Below, one piece after another: positions 10,097 through 18,042 of a stretch of DNA of 64,000 bases. The DNA is taken from assembly GCA_034437735.1 (NCBI GenBank), contig DAOTTS010000093.1, forward strand, positions 27,705-91,704, written 5' to 3'. The notes beneath the pieces were generated by a model that was not told the origin of the DNA, made no database searches, and saw only the letters and a list, made by a program, of their open reading frames with translations. Each line of letters begins with the position of its first letter. The first letter of the stretch is position 1. Source of the DNA: Anaerolineae bacterium (GTDB taxonomy: Bacteria > Chloroflexota > Anaerolineae > B4-G1 > SLSP01). The position numbers and the translations under genes were made by a program.

Positions 10097-10119
10097 CCGA
10101 GTGGCTGAAAGCCACTCGG
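10097..10119. terminator. Hairpin between convergent genes (CCGAGTGGC-TGAAA-GCCACTCGG)
   Basis: It is a perfect 9-bp stem with a 5-nt loop, located between the stop of the 7675..10035 gene and the stop of the S1-domain gene. Confidence 0.4.
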
Positions 10120-10161
10120 TCACTGGTGACTAGGAGGTAGTAAGCTTAAGCTGGCACGCGA

Positions 10162-10863
10162 TTATCCGTTATTGAGGGTGCGACGAAAGATATCCTCGAT
10201 ATCTTGATCGTCGTCATCATAACGATTTTTACGTCGCTTGCGATTGACCTTCTCCCTTCGTTCTTCAGATTGAGCCTGAGCCTGTAAGAAAGCGATTTCC
10301 ATGGGGGACAACGCAGCATCAAGCTGCTCGTCATCCTCTTGGTAATCGCCCGTGCTCGTCTCCATCGTGAAATCGATCTGATGTTTACGAAGATCCACAC
10401 TCGTGACCCGGACCTCAACGCGTTGGCCGAGGTTGACCACTTCCTGCGGATTGCGGACATACTGTCCCATCTGTCGCACGTGCAGCAGGCCAGGGCGCTC
10501 CGCACCGATATCGATGAATGCACCATAGCGCTCAAGACGCACGACTTCACCTTCGTACACTTGCCCCGGTTGAATCTCCCGCCACTCAACATCAGGGGGT
10601 TCAACCATCGTCAAAGAAATCCGGCCCATATCCGGATCGACATCATCGACCCAGACATTGACTTCATCACCGACATTGACCTCATCGGAGACCTTGCGAA
10701 TCTTCCGCTTGTCCATCTTGGAAATATGCACAAGGCCGTCTCGGTCCAGGCCAATGTTCACAAAAGCACCATAAAGCTGGGTGCCCGTCACCGTGCCTTG
10801 AAGGCGCATCTTGGGCTCAAGATCGCCAATTGAACTGGGCTGTGGGGTGGTTTGTTCCGACAT
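10162..10863 (-). CDS. S1 RNA-binding domain protein (two S1 domains, YugI/GSP13-like) with acidic or basic C-terminal tail
   Basis: Two repeats read G.V.G....GAF(V/I).IG....GL.H.S.M (GTVTGTQLYGAFVNIGLDRDGLVHISKM and GEVVRLERYGAFIDIGAERPGLLHVRQM). Confidence 0.75.
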   Translation of the reverse strand: MSEQTTPQPSSIGDLEPKMRLQGTVTGTQLYGAFVNIGLDRDGLVHISKMDKRKIRKVSDEVNVGDEVNVWVDDVDPDMGRISLTMVEPPDVEWREIQPGQVYEGEVVRLERYGAFIDIGAERPGLLHVRQMGQYVRNPQEVVNLGQRVEVRVTSVDLRKHQIDFTMETSTGDYQEDDEQLDAALSPMEIAFLQAQAQSEERREKVNRKRRKNRYDDDDQDIEDIFRRTLNNG

Positions 10864-11005
10864 TCGACTTATAACTCCTTACATAGGATAGCAACATGTG
10901 TATTATAGCCGAAGGGCTCCACGTGTCAACATTGCTGAAACCCAACATCCCTAATCATACCCTACCCTCTGATTTCTGACAACCCGAGGGTCCACATCAG
11001 AGCTA

Positions 11006-11068
11006 GAGCTCAAAGGTTTCCGTCCTTGACGAGAGGTCGCACGTTGTGCCAGCAAAACCTTTGAGCTC
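11006..11068. repeat. Perfect 14-bp inverted repeat (GAGCTCAAAGGTTT / AAACCTTTGAGCTC) flanking a 35-nt loop
   Basis: It is seen directly in the sequence. It lies in the 250-nt intergenic region between the smpB stop and the S1 gene start. There is no U-tract on either strand. Confidence 0.6.
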
Positions 11069-11114
11069 TGCGGCCCCCAATAATCTGCACTATACCCGCC
11101 CACCCACCATACGG

Positions 11115-11585
11115 TCACCGAATAGGGCCGTATTCCTTCATCTCACGACGAATGCGTCGATCGGCATCCCGCTGTTTGATCGCACGACGTTTGTCATACT
11201 GCCGCTTGCCCCGGACCACACCGATAAGCACCTTCGCGTAATCGTTGCGAAGATACATCTTCAGAGGCACAATCGTATACCCTTTCCGCTGAACATCCCG
11301 CTCAATGCGGTCAATCTCGCTGCGGTGCAGCAGTAGTTTGCGGGGCCGGCGGGGATCGTGGGTCCACAGCCCAGCCTGTTCGTAGGGCGCGATGTGAACG
11401 TCCATCATCCAAAGCTCGTGATTTCTCACCTGGACATATCCCTCTTGGAGGCTCACTGCTCCGGCGCGCACAGATTTGATCTCCGTGCCTTTCAAAGCAA
11501 TCCCAGCCTCGTAGGTGTCTTCGACATTGTACTCGTATCGCGCTTTACGATTCGTTGCGACCGTTCGATTCTCACTCATAACCAA
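11115..11585 (-). CDS. smpB: SsrA-binding protein SmpB
   Basis: It reads ATNRKARYEY...EAGIALKGTEIKS...HIAPYE...RKLLLH..EI, has a basic C-terminal tail, and is about 155 aa. Confidence 0.9.
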   Translation of the reverse strand: MVMSENRTVATNRKARYEYNVEDTYEAGIALKGTEIKSVRAGAVSLQEGYVQVRNHELWMMDVHIAPYEQAGLWTHDPRRPRKLLLHRSEIDRIERDVQRKGYTIVPLKMYLRNDYAKVLIGVVRGKRQYDKRRAIKQRDADRRIRREMKEYGPIR

Positions 11586-11643
11586 GCCTCAATTCAGATT
11601 TGATCGTCAGGGTAGGGGACAGAAAAAGGACGATAGTTTCGCA

Positions 11644-13020
11644 TCACTCGCCGGTCTTGACATACTCAATGGCACGCTCAAGTTGAGGATCCTCATCCTC
11701 TGGCGTGTCTCGTGGGTACTCAACCTCAATCGCAGGGGTAAGCCCATTATCGTGGAGTTCCTGCTCATCAGGGGTGAACCACCGCGCGATTGTCACTCGC
11801 AGCTGAGAACCATCCTGAAGATCATTGGGCAGTTGCACAGATCCTTTCCCCAATGTAGGGCTTCCGATCAGTACACCCCGATCACGATCCTGGATCGCGC
11901 CGGCGACAATCTCAGAAGCGCTCGCACTGCCACCATCAATCAGCACCACCAACGGGATCTCCTCGCCGATATCTCCACGCCGAGAGCGGAACACCCGTTC
12001 CCCTCCCTGGCTGTCCCGCTGAATTGCGACGATGCCTTGATTCAGGAAGAGATCGGCAACCCCAATCGCCTGGCTTAGATAGCCGCCGGGGTTCCCACGC
12101 AGATCGAAGATCAAAGCCTGAGGATCCTCAGATAACAGCTCCTCCAGCGCCTCCTCGACCCGTTCGGTAGCAACCGCGTCAAATTCGGTCAAGCGGAGAT
12201 AGGCAATATCGCTCTCCAGGATCTCGGTCTCAATGATCGGTATTTCAATACGCGCCCGAGTCACGGTGACAAATATCGAATCCGGTTCCCCCTCACGGAG
12301 GATCTCAAGCTCCGCGTCAGTGCCGGCCGGGCCCCGGATATAACTGATCGCCTCGTACAGCCCCAACCCGACAATTGACTCTCCATTGACGGCAATAATG
12401 ATATCGCCTGCCTGAACGCCGGCTCGCTGTGCAGGCTGATCCGGGATCAAGCTTGCGATCTCCAAATACCCATCTTGCCGCATGGTGACCATAGCACCGA
12501 TACCCTCAAATTCACCACTGGCGTCCTCATTGAGAATCTCCGATATCCTCGGCTCGATGAAGGAGGTGTAAGGATCGTCAAGCGTCAGTAACATCCCACG
12601 AATCGCACCGTGGGCGAGGGTCTGACCATCGGGCATCTCACCATAAAACTGCTCATCCAGGATATCCAGCACGCTCTCCAAGAGTTCGTAATCAAACGCC
12701 TCCGAAGCATCAACCGAATCTGCAGGGTCAGGGGCTTCCGTCTCTTCTCCGTCAGTCTCAGGGTCGTTATCGTTGATGGGGTCTTCCCCTGAGACTTGAT
12801 CCTCCCCCTCAGCCACCGGCGTCGCCGGTTCGGGCGTGGGTGCTCCTGATTCCGCGTCAGTCTCAACAGGGGTCATGCGTGCCGGCTCTTCCAACGTGGG
12901 CGTCCCAGATCCATCTGCCACACGACCGACAAAAAAGCCGCCAACAAACGCCCCAGTAGTCAGTGCAACCGCGATGAATACGACACTGACCGCGATAATG
13001 ATCTTTTTCGTCGTGGTCAT
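11644..13020 (-). CDS. ctpA: Carboxyl-terminal processing protease (S41 family, CtpA-like) with N-terminal TM anchor
   Basis: It has a PDZ region and the S41 motifs LIFDLRGNPGGYL and SASASEIVAGAIQD. An acidic, low-complexity N-terminal region follows a TM helix. An RBS (aggaga) lies upstream. Confidence 0.85.
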   Translation of the reverse strand: MTTTKKIIIAVSVVFIAVALTTGAFVGGFFVGRVADGSGTPTLEEPARMTPVETDAESGAPTPEPATPVAEGEDQVSGEDPINDNDPETDGEETEAPDPADSVDASEAFDYELLESVLDILDEQFYGEMPDGQTLAHGAIRGMLLTLDDPYTSFIEPRISEILNEDASGEFEGIGAMVTMRQDGYLEIASLIPDQPAQRAGVQAGDIIIAVNGESIVGLGLYEAISYIRGPAGTDAELEILREGEPDSIFVTVTRARIEIPIIETEILESDIAYLRLTEFDAVATERVEEALEELLSEDPQALIFDLRGNPGGYLSQAIGVADLFLNQGIVAIQRDSQGGERVFRSRRGDIGEEIPLVVLIDGGSASASEIVAGAIQDRDRGVLIGSPTLGKGSVQLPNDLQDGSQLRVTIARWFTPDEQELHDNGLTPAIEVEYPRDTPEDEDPQLERAIEYVKTGE

Positions 13021-13979
13021 ATACCCTATCTCCTAACTAAAAGCTTCTCTCCTGATGATGTATGGACCCATAATATAATGTCTGGGATGACGTCGCTAAA
13101 ATCTCAACAACGGGTTGAATTCAGTCAATAGATATCTATTTTATCACAATTAGGCCCAATCACAAGATAGACTGAAGAATCGTGGAGCAAAAAGTCAGAG
13201 GTCGGATCAGAGATCGAGTGAACTACGCCTACGTAAACACAACACTCGCTCGACTGTGTATTATGTATGCGGGGCGATGGATGAAAGAAAATAAAATTGC
13301 AGTAGGGTAGGGCACCTGAAGTCAACCGAATCGCCCACCCATAGAACAACGTGAAGAGATGAACGAACACAATAGACACCGTGACTTGTTATGGGTGCGG
13401 CGATGAGGAAACGCCACAAAATCAACGTCAATTATGGACTCGACGATTTTCAAAGGATCACGCAGAGCTAGGAAAAAGCCCCTCAGCGAACTTCCGACTA
13501 TATATATTATGTCAAGTTAAGAGCGCTAGACGTGATTTTAGCCGAACGTCACGACAATGCGCCGCCTCTCCGCAATTACGACGACTACGACCGACGCAAG
13601 CAGCGACTCCGTACAAAAGCGTCCCCGCTACGTGAAGACGTAGAAGGCTTCGTAGGATTTCTGCCTGAGCGGTTCTGAAGTTGTCTTGGTCTCTTCTCAA
13701 ACACTCGCCACATTATGCCCCGCGTAGCACAGAAGCTTATGCGTTTATCGTGAAATCTGCGCCGACTCACTTAGAACGCGTCTCTGGAGGTAAATCGCAA
13801 ATTAAATTGTGCAAATGGACACGAGTACGAAGACCAGGAATTCAAGGTTGTAGTAGAAGCTCAGGGATATTTTTTAGAACAAAAGTTCCACATCCCCAAC
13901 AGATCGATCAGTTGCAATCTCGGATCCGTATCGACAACCTTCTTCCCGAGTAAGGCCCCCCACCCTGCACCAGGACTTT

Positions 13980-14016
13980 AAAAAAGCCAAGCCCTAATTT
14001 CAACAAAGGGCTTGGC
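13980..14016 (-). terminator. Rho-independent terminator downstream of phnE
   Basis: The stem is GCCAAGCCCT...AGGGCTTGGC with an 11-nt loop. On the minus strand it is followed by TTTTTT (the A-tract at 13980-13985 on the plus strand). Confidence 0.6.
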
Positions 14017-14038
14017 TTAAGCGTTGATAGGAGAAACG

Positions 14039-15556
14039 TTACACGTACCGCTCCCGGATATCCGAACTCACATAGTCCAGGATCGCAACCGTAATCGCGA
14101 TAAACCACACCGCGATACCCGCCGAGCGGAACCGGAAGAGACGAATATACTGAATCAGCAGGAAGCCAATCCCCCCGCCCCCCACCAGACCGATCACGGT
14201 CGACATCCGGACGTTGATGTCCCACCGGTAAATCGAGAAGGAGACAAACGGCGGAATCATCTGCGGGATAACGGCAAATGCGATCGTCTGCAACTGATTG
14301 GCGCCGGTAGCCTGAATCGCCTCGATGGGACCGGGGTCGATGCCTTCAATCGCCTCGGAGTAAAGCTTACCCAACGCAGCGATCGTATGCACCGTCAGGG
14401 CCAGGATACCCGCAAAGGGCCCCAACCCCACCCACTGCGTCGCAATAATCGCCCAGATCATCGGCTCAATCGAACGGATAATATTCAGAATGGTGCGGAT
14501 CACATAATAGATCACCATCGTGATCCGGGAGCCGGACATCAAGTTGCGGGCGGCCAAAAAACTGACCGGCACCGCCAACACAATCCCAAACGCCGTCGCC
14601 ATCATGCCGAGAAAGATCGTCTCGATCATCTTCTCAATACTGAGCAGGAGCGGCTCGCTGGGCTTTTGAGCCCCAACCTCCGACGTCTGGCGCGCTTCAA
14701 CGTGGTGGACCTGTTCTCCCTTAGCACTGGGGGGGAGCAATCGATACGGCATTGTGATCGTCGTCTCGAAATCTCCCTGGTCATCGGTCGTCACGGTCAC
14801 GTATTGGCCCTCGTTTCGGACCTGAAACTCGTTGCCGATGGGGTCCTCCCACCAGATCTTGGTCTCGGTGTTGGGTTGAAAGTTTCGCCCCGTGAGCGTC
14901 AGTTTCGTACCGGGGACAATGTTACTGTCCTCATCCAAATCCGAAAGCTCACCGCACGTCGGCTCTGCCTTGAGGTAGGCATCCCCCTCAACCGGTTCCG
15001 GCGGCTCCGGCGGGGTGTCGTCGCACGGCACCTCAATCGGCGCACTGGCTCGCACCGTCTCCACGTCCCGGGTCAGGGCCGCCTCCCAAGGCCAAAGCAC
15101 CTGGCTGAGAATGGGCAGCGTGTCCGAAAGCTCCGTCACGGCTTTATAAAGATCAATTTCGCTGATTTGCCAGCCCAATGCAAAGAACAGCAGCATAATC
15201 AGGAGAAAGGGCGCGATACCAAACCCTTCCATCTGAGAATCTGCGTGACGATACGCGTCAATGACGACCCATACCCAGACCGCCAACGCGCCGAGCACGA
15301 CGAACCCGATAAAGAAGGGCCGCCGGTCAAGCGCCTCCACGAATTTAGCGACCGCCCCAACCTCACGTCGCGCCAGAAGGGAAACACGCCAGGCCAGAAG
15401 ACCGAGAATACTCACCACGGATCCCAACATCAGCAGTCCCCGCTGAATTTGCTTCGCCAGCACCTGTCCGAGCCCCGGAATCACGAGGGAACTCAAGGCA
15501 GCAACCGGCCCCGATACTAAGCTCTTACGATTACGCGCTCTATTGGTCGTCGCCAT
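14039..15556 (-). CDS. phnE: Phosphonate/phosphite-type ABC transporter permease (PhnE family) with extended N-terminal region
   Basis: The C-terminal 260 aa match the PhnE permease fold (EAIQATGANQLQTIAFAVIPQMIPPFVSFSIYRWDINVRMSTVIGLVGGGGIG). The N-terminal roughly 240 aa add about 4 TM helices and a roughly 150-aa extracytoplasmic Ig-like segment. Confidence 0.8.
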   Translation of the reverse strand: MATTNRARNRKSLVSGPVAALSSLVIPGLGQVLAKQIQRGLLMLGSVVSILGLLAWRVSLLARREVGAVAKFVEALDRRPFFIGFVVLGALAVWVWVVIDAYRHADSQMEGFGIAPFLLIMLLFFALGWQISEIDLYKAVTELSDTLPILSQVLWPWEAALTRDVETVRASAPIEVPCDDTPPEPPEPVEGDAYLKAEPTCGELSDLDEDSNIVPGTKLTLTGRNFQPNTETKIWWEDPIGNEFQVRNEGQYVTVTTDDQGDFETTITMPYRLLPPSAKGEQVHHVEARQTSEVGAQKPSEPLLLSIEKMIETIFLGMMATAFGIVLAVPVSFLAARNLMSGSRITMVIYYVIRTILNIIRSIEPMIWAIIATQWVGLGPFAGILALTVHTIAALGKLYSEAIEGIDPGPIEAIQATGANQLQTIAFAVIPQMIPPFVSFSIYRWDINVRMSTVIGLVGGGGIGFLLIQYIRLFRFRSAGIAVWFIAITVAILDYVSSDIRERYV

Positions 15557-15557
15557 G

Positions 15558-16346
15558 TCAGCCCCCCAGACTTCCTTCGATGCCGGCCCCCACCCGCTCA
15601 GCTTCCTTCCCGTAAATCTCCTTGAACTCGTCGTCCGTCATCGCCCGAATCTCGTCACGGGTGCCCCGATAGACAATCTCGCCGGCCCGTAACCCAATCA
15701 CCCGCGTCGAGTACCGCTGGACGAGATCCAGATAGTGCAACGCACATAGGATCGTGATATCCTCTTCCTGATTGAGATCCTCAAGATGCTGTAAGATAGA
15801 GTGGGCCAACACAGGATCGAGGCTGGCAACGGGCTCGTCCGCGAGAATCATCTCCGGTTCCTGCATCAGCGCCCGGGCAATCCCAACCCGCTGCTGCTGC
15901 CCGCCGCTCAACTCATCTGCCCGTTTTTGCGCTTGATCCTCAATCCCCAGGCGCTTGAGGGCATCCATAGCCATCTGCCTATCGGCTTGCGGAAAGCGCC
16001 GCAGCAGGCCGCGCCAGCGATCGACGTAGCCTAACCGCCCGGCGATCACGTTTGTGATGACCTTCGAGCGCCTCACCAGGTTAAACTGCTGGAAAACCAT
16101 ACCAATCCGCCGCCGGATCTTGCGGAGCTCTGTGGGATCTGCCGCCGTGATGTCGGCACCATTCCAGATAATCTGACCTTCGGTCGGCTCAACCAGACGG
16201 TTGATGCAACGTAACAGCGTCGATTTACCAGACCCGCTTAACCCGATAATGATAAGGAACTCACCCTCTTCAACGGAGAAACTGACGTCGCGAAGTGCGA
16301 CGGTCCCATCGTCATAAACCTTGGTCAAGTTCTTGACCTCAAGCAT
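15558..16346 (-). CDS. phnC: Phosphonate ABC transporter ATP-binding protein (PhnC family)
   Basis: It has a Walker A motif [15 protein letters not shown], an [15 protein letters not shown] signature and Walker B ILADEP. The N-terminal [11 protein letters not shown] is typical of PhnC. Confidence 0.9.
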   Translation of the reverse strand: MLEVKNLTKVYDDGTVALRDVSFSVEEGEFLIIIGLSGSGKSTLLRCINRLVEPTEGQIIWNGADITAADPTELRKIRRRIGMVFQQFNLVRRSKVITNVIAGRLGYVDRWRGLLRRFPQADRQMAMDALKRLGIEDQAQKRADELSGGQQQRVGIARALMQEPEMILADEPVASLDPVLAHSILQHLEDLNQEEDITILCALHYLDLVQRYSTRVIGLRAGEIVYRGTRDEIRAMTDDEFKEIYGKEAERVGAGIEGSLGG

Positions 16347-16420
16347 TGTCCCCCCTAGCCCACGAGCCTAATCATACGAGCACGGCGATCCACAATACGC
16401 CCTCAATCCAGAGAAAGCAT

Positions 16421-16445
16421 AAAGGGGGAGCAGGAAGCCCCCCCT
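16421..16445 (-). terminator. GC-rich hairpin plus T-rich tail between phnD and phnC (possible attenuator or partial terminator)
   Basis: The hairpin is GGGGG-AGCAGGAAG-CCCCCCC. On the minus strand it is followed by TTTATGCTTTCT, within the 155-nt phnD-phnC gap. Confidence 0.4.
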
Positions 16446-16501
16446 TCGGTCATTATCCTAAGCCGCTGACGACCAAACGCCACCGGGTACGATCCGACCA
16501 A

Positions 16502-17401
16502 CTACTGCAGCTCTTCGATGCTCAACCCCGAGGCCTGCAACACCTGGCGGAAGGGATCGTAGAATTCATCGCCGTGCTTCTCGATGCCGGCCCAGCTATA
16601 AGCCGTGTCCAACGCCTCTTGGCCTTCTTCGGTCTCGGCGATCGCCAGCAGACCATCGACGATAGTCTGCTTCATCTCTTCGTCCATCCCCGGGATGAAC
16701 TGAACGCCATCGTTAGGGATATCCTCGGTCAACGCGACGACCTTGACCTTCTCCATCACGTCCGGGTTGTCTTCCTCAATCGCGCCCCGAGCGTCGACGT
16801 ACGTCGCACCGGCGTCACAGTCCCCATTGTAGACGGCCGCGACCACGGCGTCGTGGCTGCCGGCGTCTACAACCTCGGCCAAATCGGCATCGGGATCGAT
16901 CCCATTAGCCTGCATCGTCAAACTGGGAATGATCCAACCGCTGGTGGAAAGGGGGTCGGGCCGGCAGAACGTCTTACCCGCTAAATCCTCAACGCCCTGG
17001 ATGTCACTATCGGCCTGGGTAATAATCTGCCCATTGTAGGTCGGGCTGCCGAACCGGACCGCCACCAGCTCAGCCTCTACCCCACAGCGCTCATTGGCCA
17101 AGACGTACGAGAATGTGTTAAGCGAGGACATTTGAGCCTCTGCCGGATCGCTGCACATCGCCTCGACCGCACCCGCATACTCGGTGGTGACAAGCACGTC
17201 GAAGTACAAGCCAGTCTCATCGGTGAGCAACGCGGACAGCTCCTCAGCGCCTGTCGTCACCTGGTCCGTTTCACCAGAGGGAACAAAAGCCCACACGATA
17301 GGATTGTCCTGGCTCCCCAGTTCGGATTCGCCACAGCCGACAAGGGCCAGCCCCGCAACAACAGCCAACGCAAGAACAAGTAGCAACCTCTTACTCTTCA
17401 T
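16502..17401 (-). CDS. phnD: Phosphonate/phosphite ABC transporter substrate-binding lipoprotein (PhnD/PtxB family)
   Basis: It has a lipoprotein signal (LVGCGES) and a periplasmic-binding fold with WAFVPSGE, TEYAGAVEAM and NGIDPDAD-type segments. It is the first gene of the phnD-phnC-phnE operon. Confidence 0.8.
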   Translation of the reverse strand: MKSKRLLLVLALAVVAGLALVGCGESELGSQDNPIVWAFVPSGETDQVTTGAEELSALLTDETGLYFDVLVTTEYAGAVEAMCSDPAEAQMSSLNTFSYVLANERCGVEAELVAVRFGSPTYNGQIITQADSDIQGVEDLAGKTFCRPDPLSTSGWIIPSLTMQANGIDPDADLAEVVDAGSHDAVVAAVYNGDCDAGATYVDARGAIEEDNPDVMEKVKVVALTEDIPNDGVQFIPGMDEEMKQTIVDGLLAIAETEEGQEALDTAYSWAGIEKHGDEFYDPFRQVLQASGLSIEELQ

Positions 17402-17546
17402 CCAAACGTTCTCCTTTCTTGATTCTCCTCACATCCATCACCCTTAATGCCCATCCATCATGATAGGGCGTCAGGTCAAAATTGTCAAAACCATTAGCCT
17501 CCAAATTTGGCCTTGAGGAGATCCGAAGCCCTGAACAGCAGTCAGT

Positions 17547-17966
17547 TTAGCCCAGTTTGTCTTCGTCGCGAGGTCTTACGTTTTTTGACAGATAACGGCG
17601 GCCTTCATCCCGATCCTGAGATTCTTCCGTCGATTCAAAGACAGGATGAGGAACAATGAAAGGAGAACTGGATATCCCAACAGTGCCCACGTCCTCATCA
17701 GGCCGCTTGACGGCCGTCAGCATCCGCAGCTCCTCTTTCGCTTCTTCCAGCATCCGCTGTTCTTGAGCCAACCCGTCCTCCCAAACGGTCAATTCACGCT
17801 CAAGAATCTCGAGATCGACACGCTGCTCTCGTATTTCGGTTTCCATCTGCTCAAGGGTGGCCTCCCGCTCTTCCACCTCAACGCGCTGCTGCCACAGCAC
17901 AACAAAGAACACCACGGCCAGCAGAAAGAGGACCGCCCCACCCAGAAAGAGCACCGCATCAAACAT
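17547..17966 (-). CDS. Hypothetical membrane-anchored coiled-coil protein
   Basis: It has an N-terminal TM helix followed by an E/R/L-rich heptad-like region. Confidence 0.45.
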   Translation of the reverse strand: MFDAVLFLGGAVLFLLAVVFFVVLWQQRVEVEEREATLEQMETEIREQRVDLEILERELTVWEDGLAQEQRMLEEAKEELRMLTAVKRPDEDVGTVGISSSPFIVPHPVFESTEESQDRDEGRRYLSKNVRPRDEDKLG

Positions 17967-18042
17967 GACAAACTCACATCCTTTGTGAATCGTCGTAAAG
18001 AGAGAAAGCAGATGAATCGATAGCAGGGAAAGTCAAGTTGAC

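Noticed and set aside
10146-10604. A 152-aa minus-strand ORF overlapping the S1-domain gene in another frame, and a 164-aa plus-strand ORF (10339..10833).
   Set aside because: The S1-domain frame carries two recognisable S1 repeats. The overlapping frames have no motifs and a biased composition.
13400-13700. Possible tmRNA (ssrA) near smpB: a GGACTCGACG motif resembling the tmRNA 5' GGAUUCGACGG element and an AAAAAGCC stretch.
   Set aside because: There is no G-rich acceptor 5' strand upstream and no complementary acceptor 3' strand. No GGTTCGANTCC T-loop or CCA-proximal structure lies within 300-400 nt on either strand. No reading frame ends in an ...AA tag peptide. It is treated as an unexplained non-coding region instead.
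13960-13975. GCACCA at 13963-13968 looked like a tRNA or tmRNA 3' CCA end.
   Set aside because: The upstream sequence does not form a T-arm or acceptor stem.
14024-15520. A 498-aa plus-strand ORF antisense to phnE.
   Set aside because: The minus-strand frame has clear PhnE permease similarity and TM helices. The plus-strand frame is Arg/His/Pro-rich, typical of a spurious antisense ORF in high-GC DNA.
16346-16984. A 212-aa plus-strand ORF across the phnC/phnD junction.
   Set aside because: It is antisense to two well-supported ABC transporter genes and has low-complexity composition.
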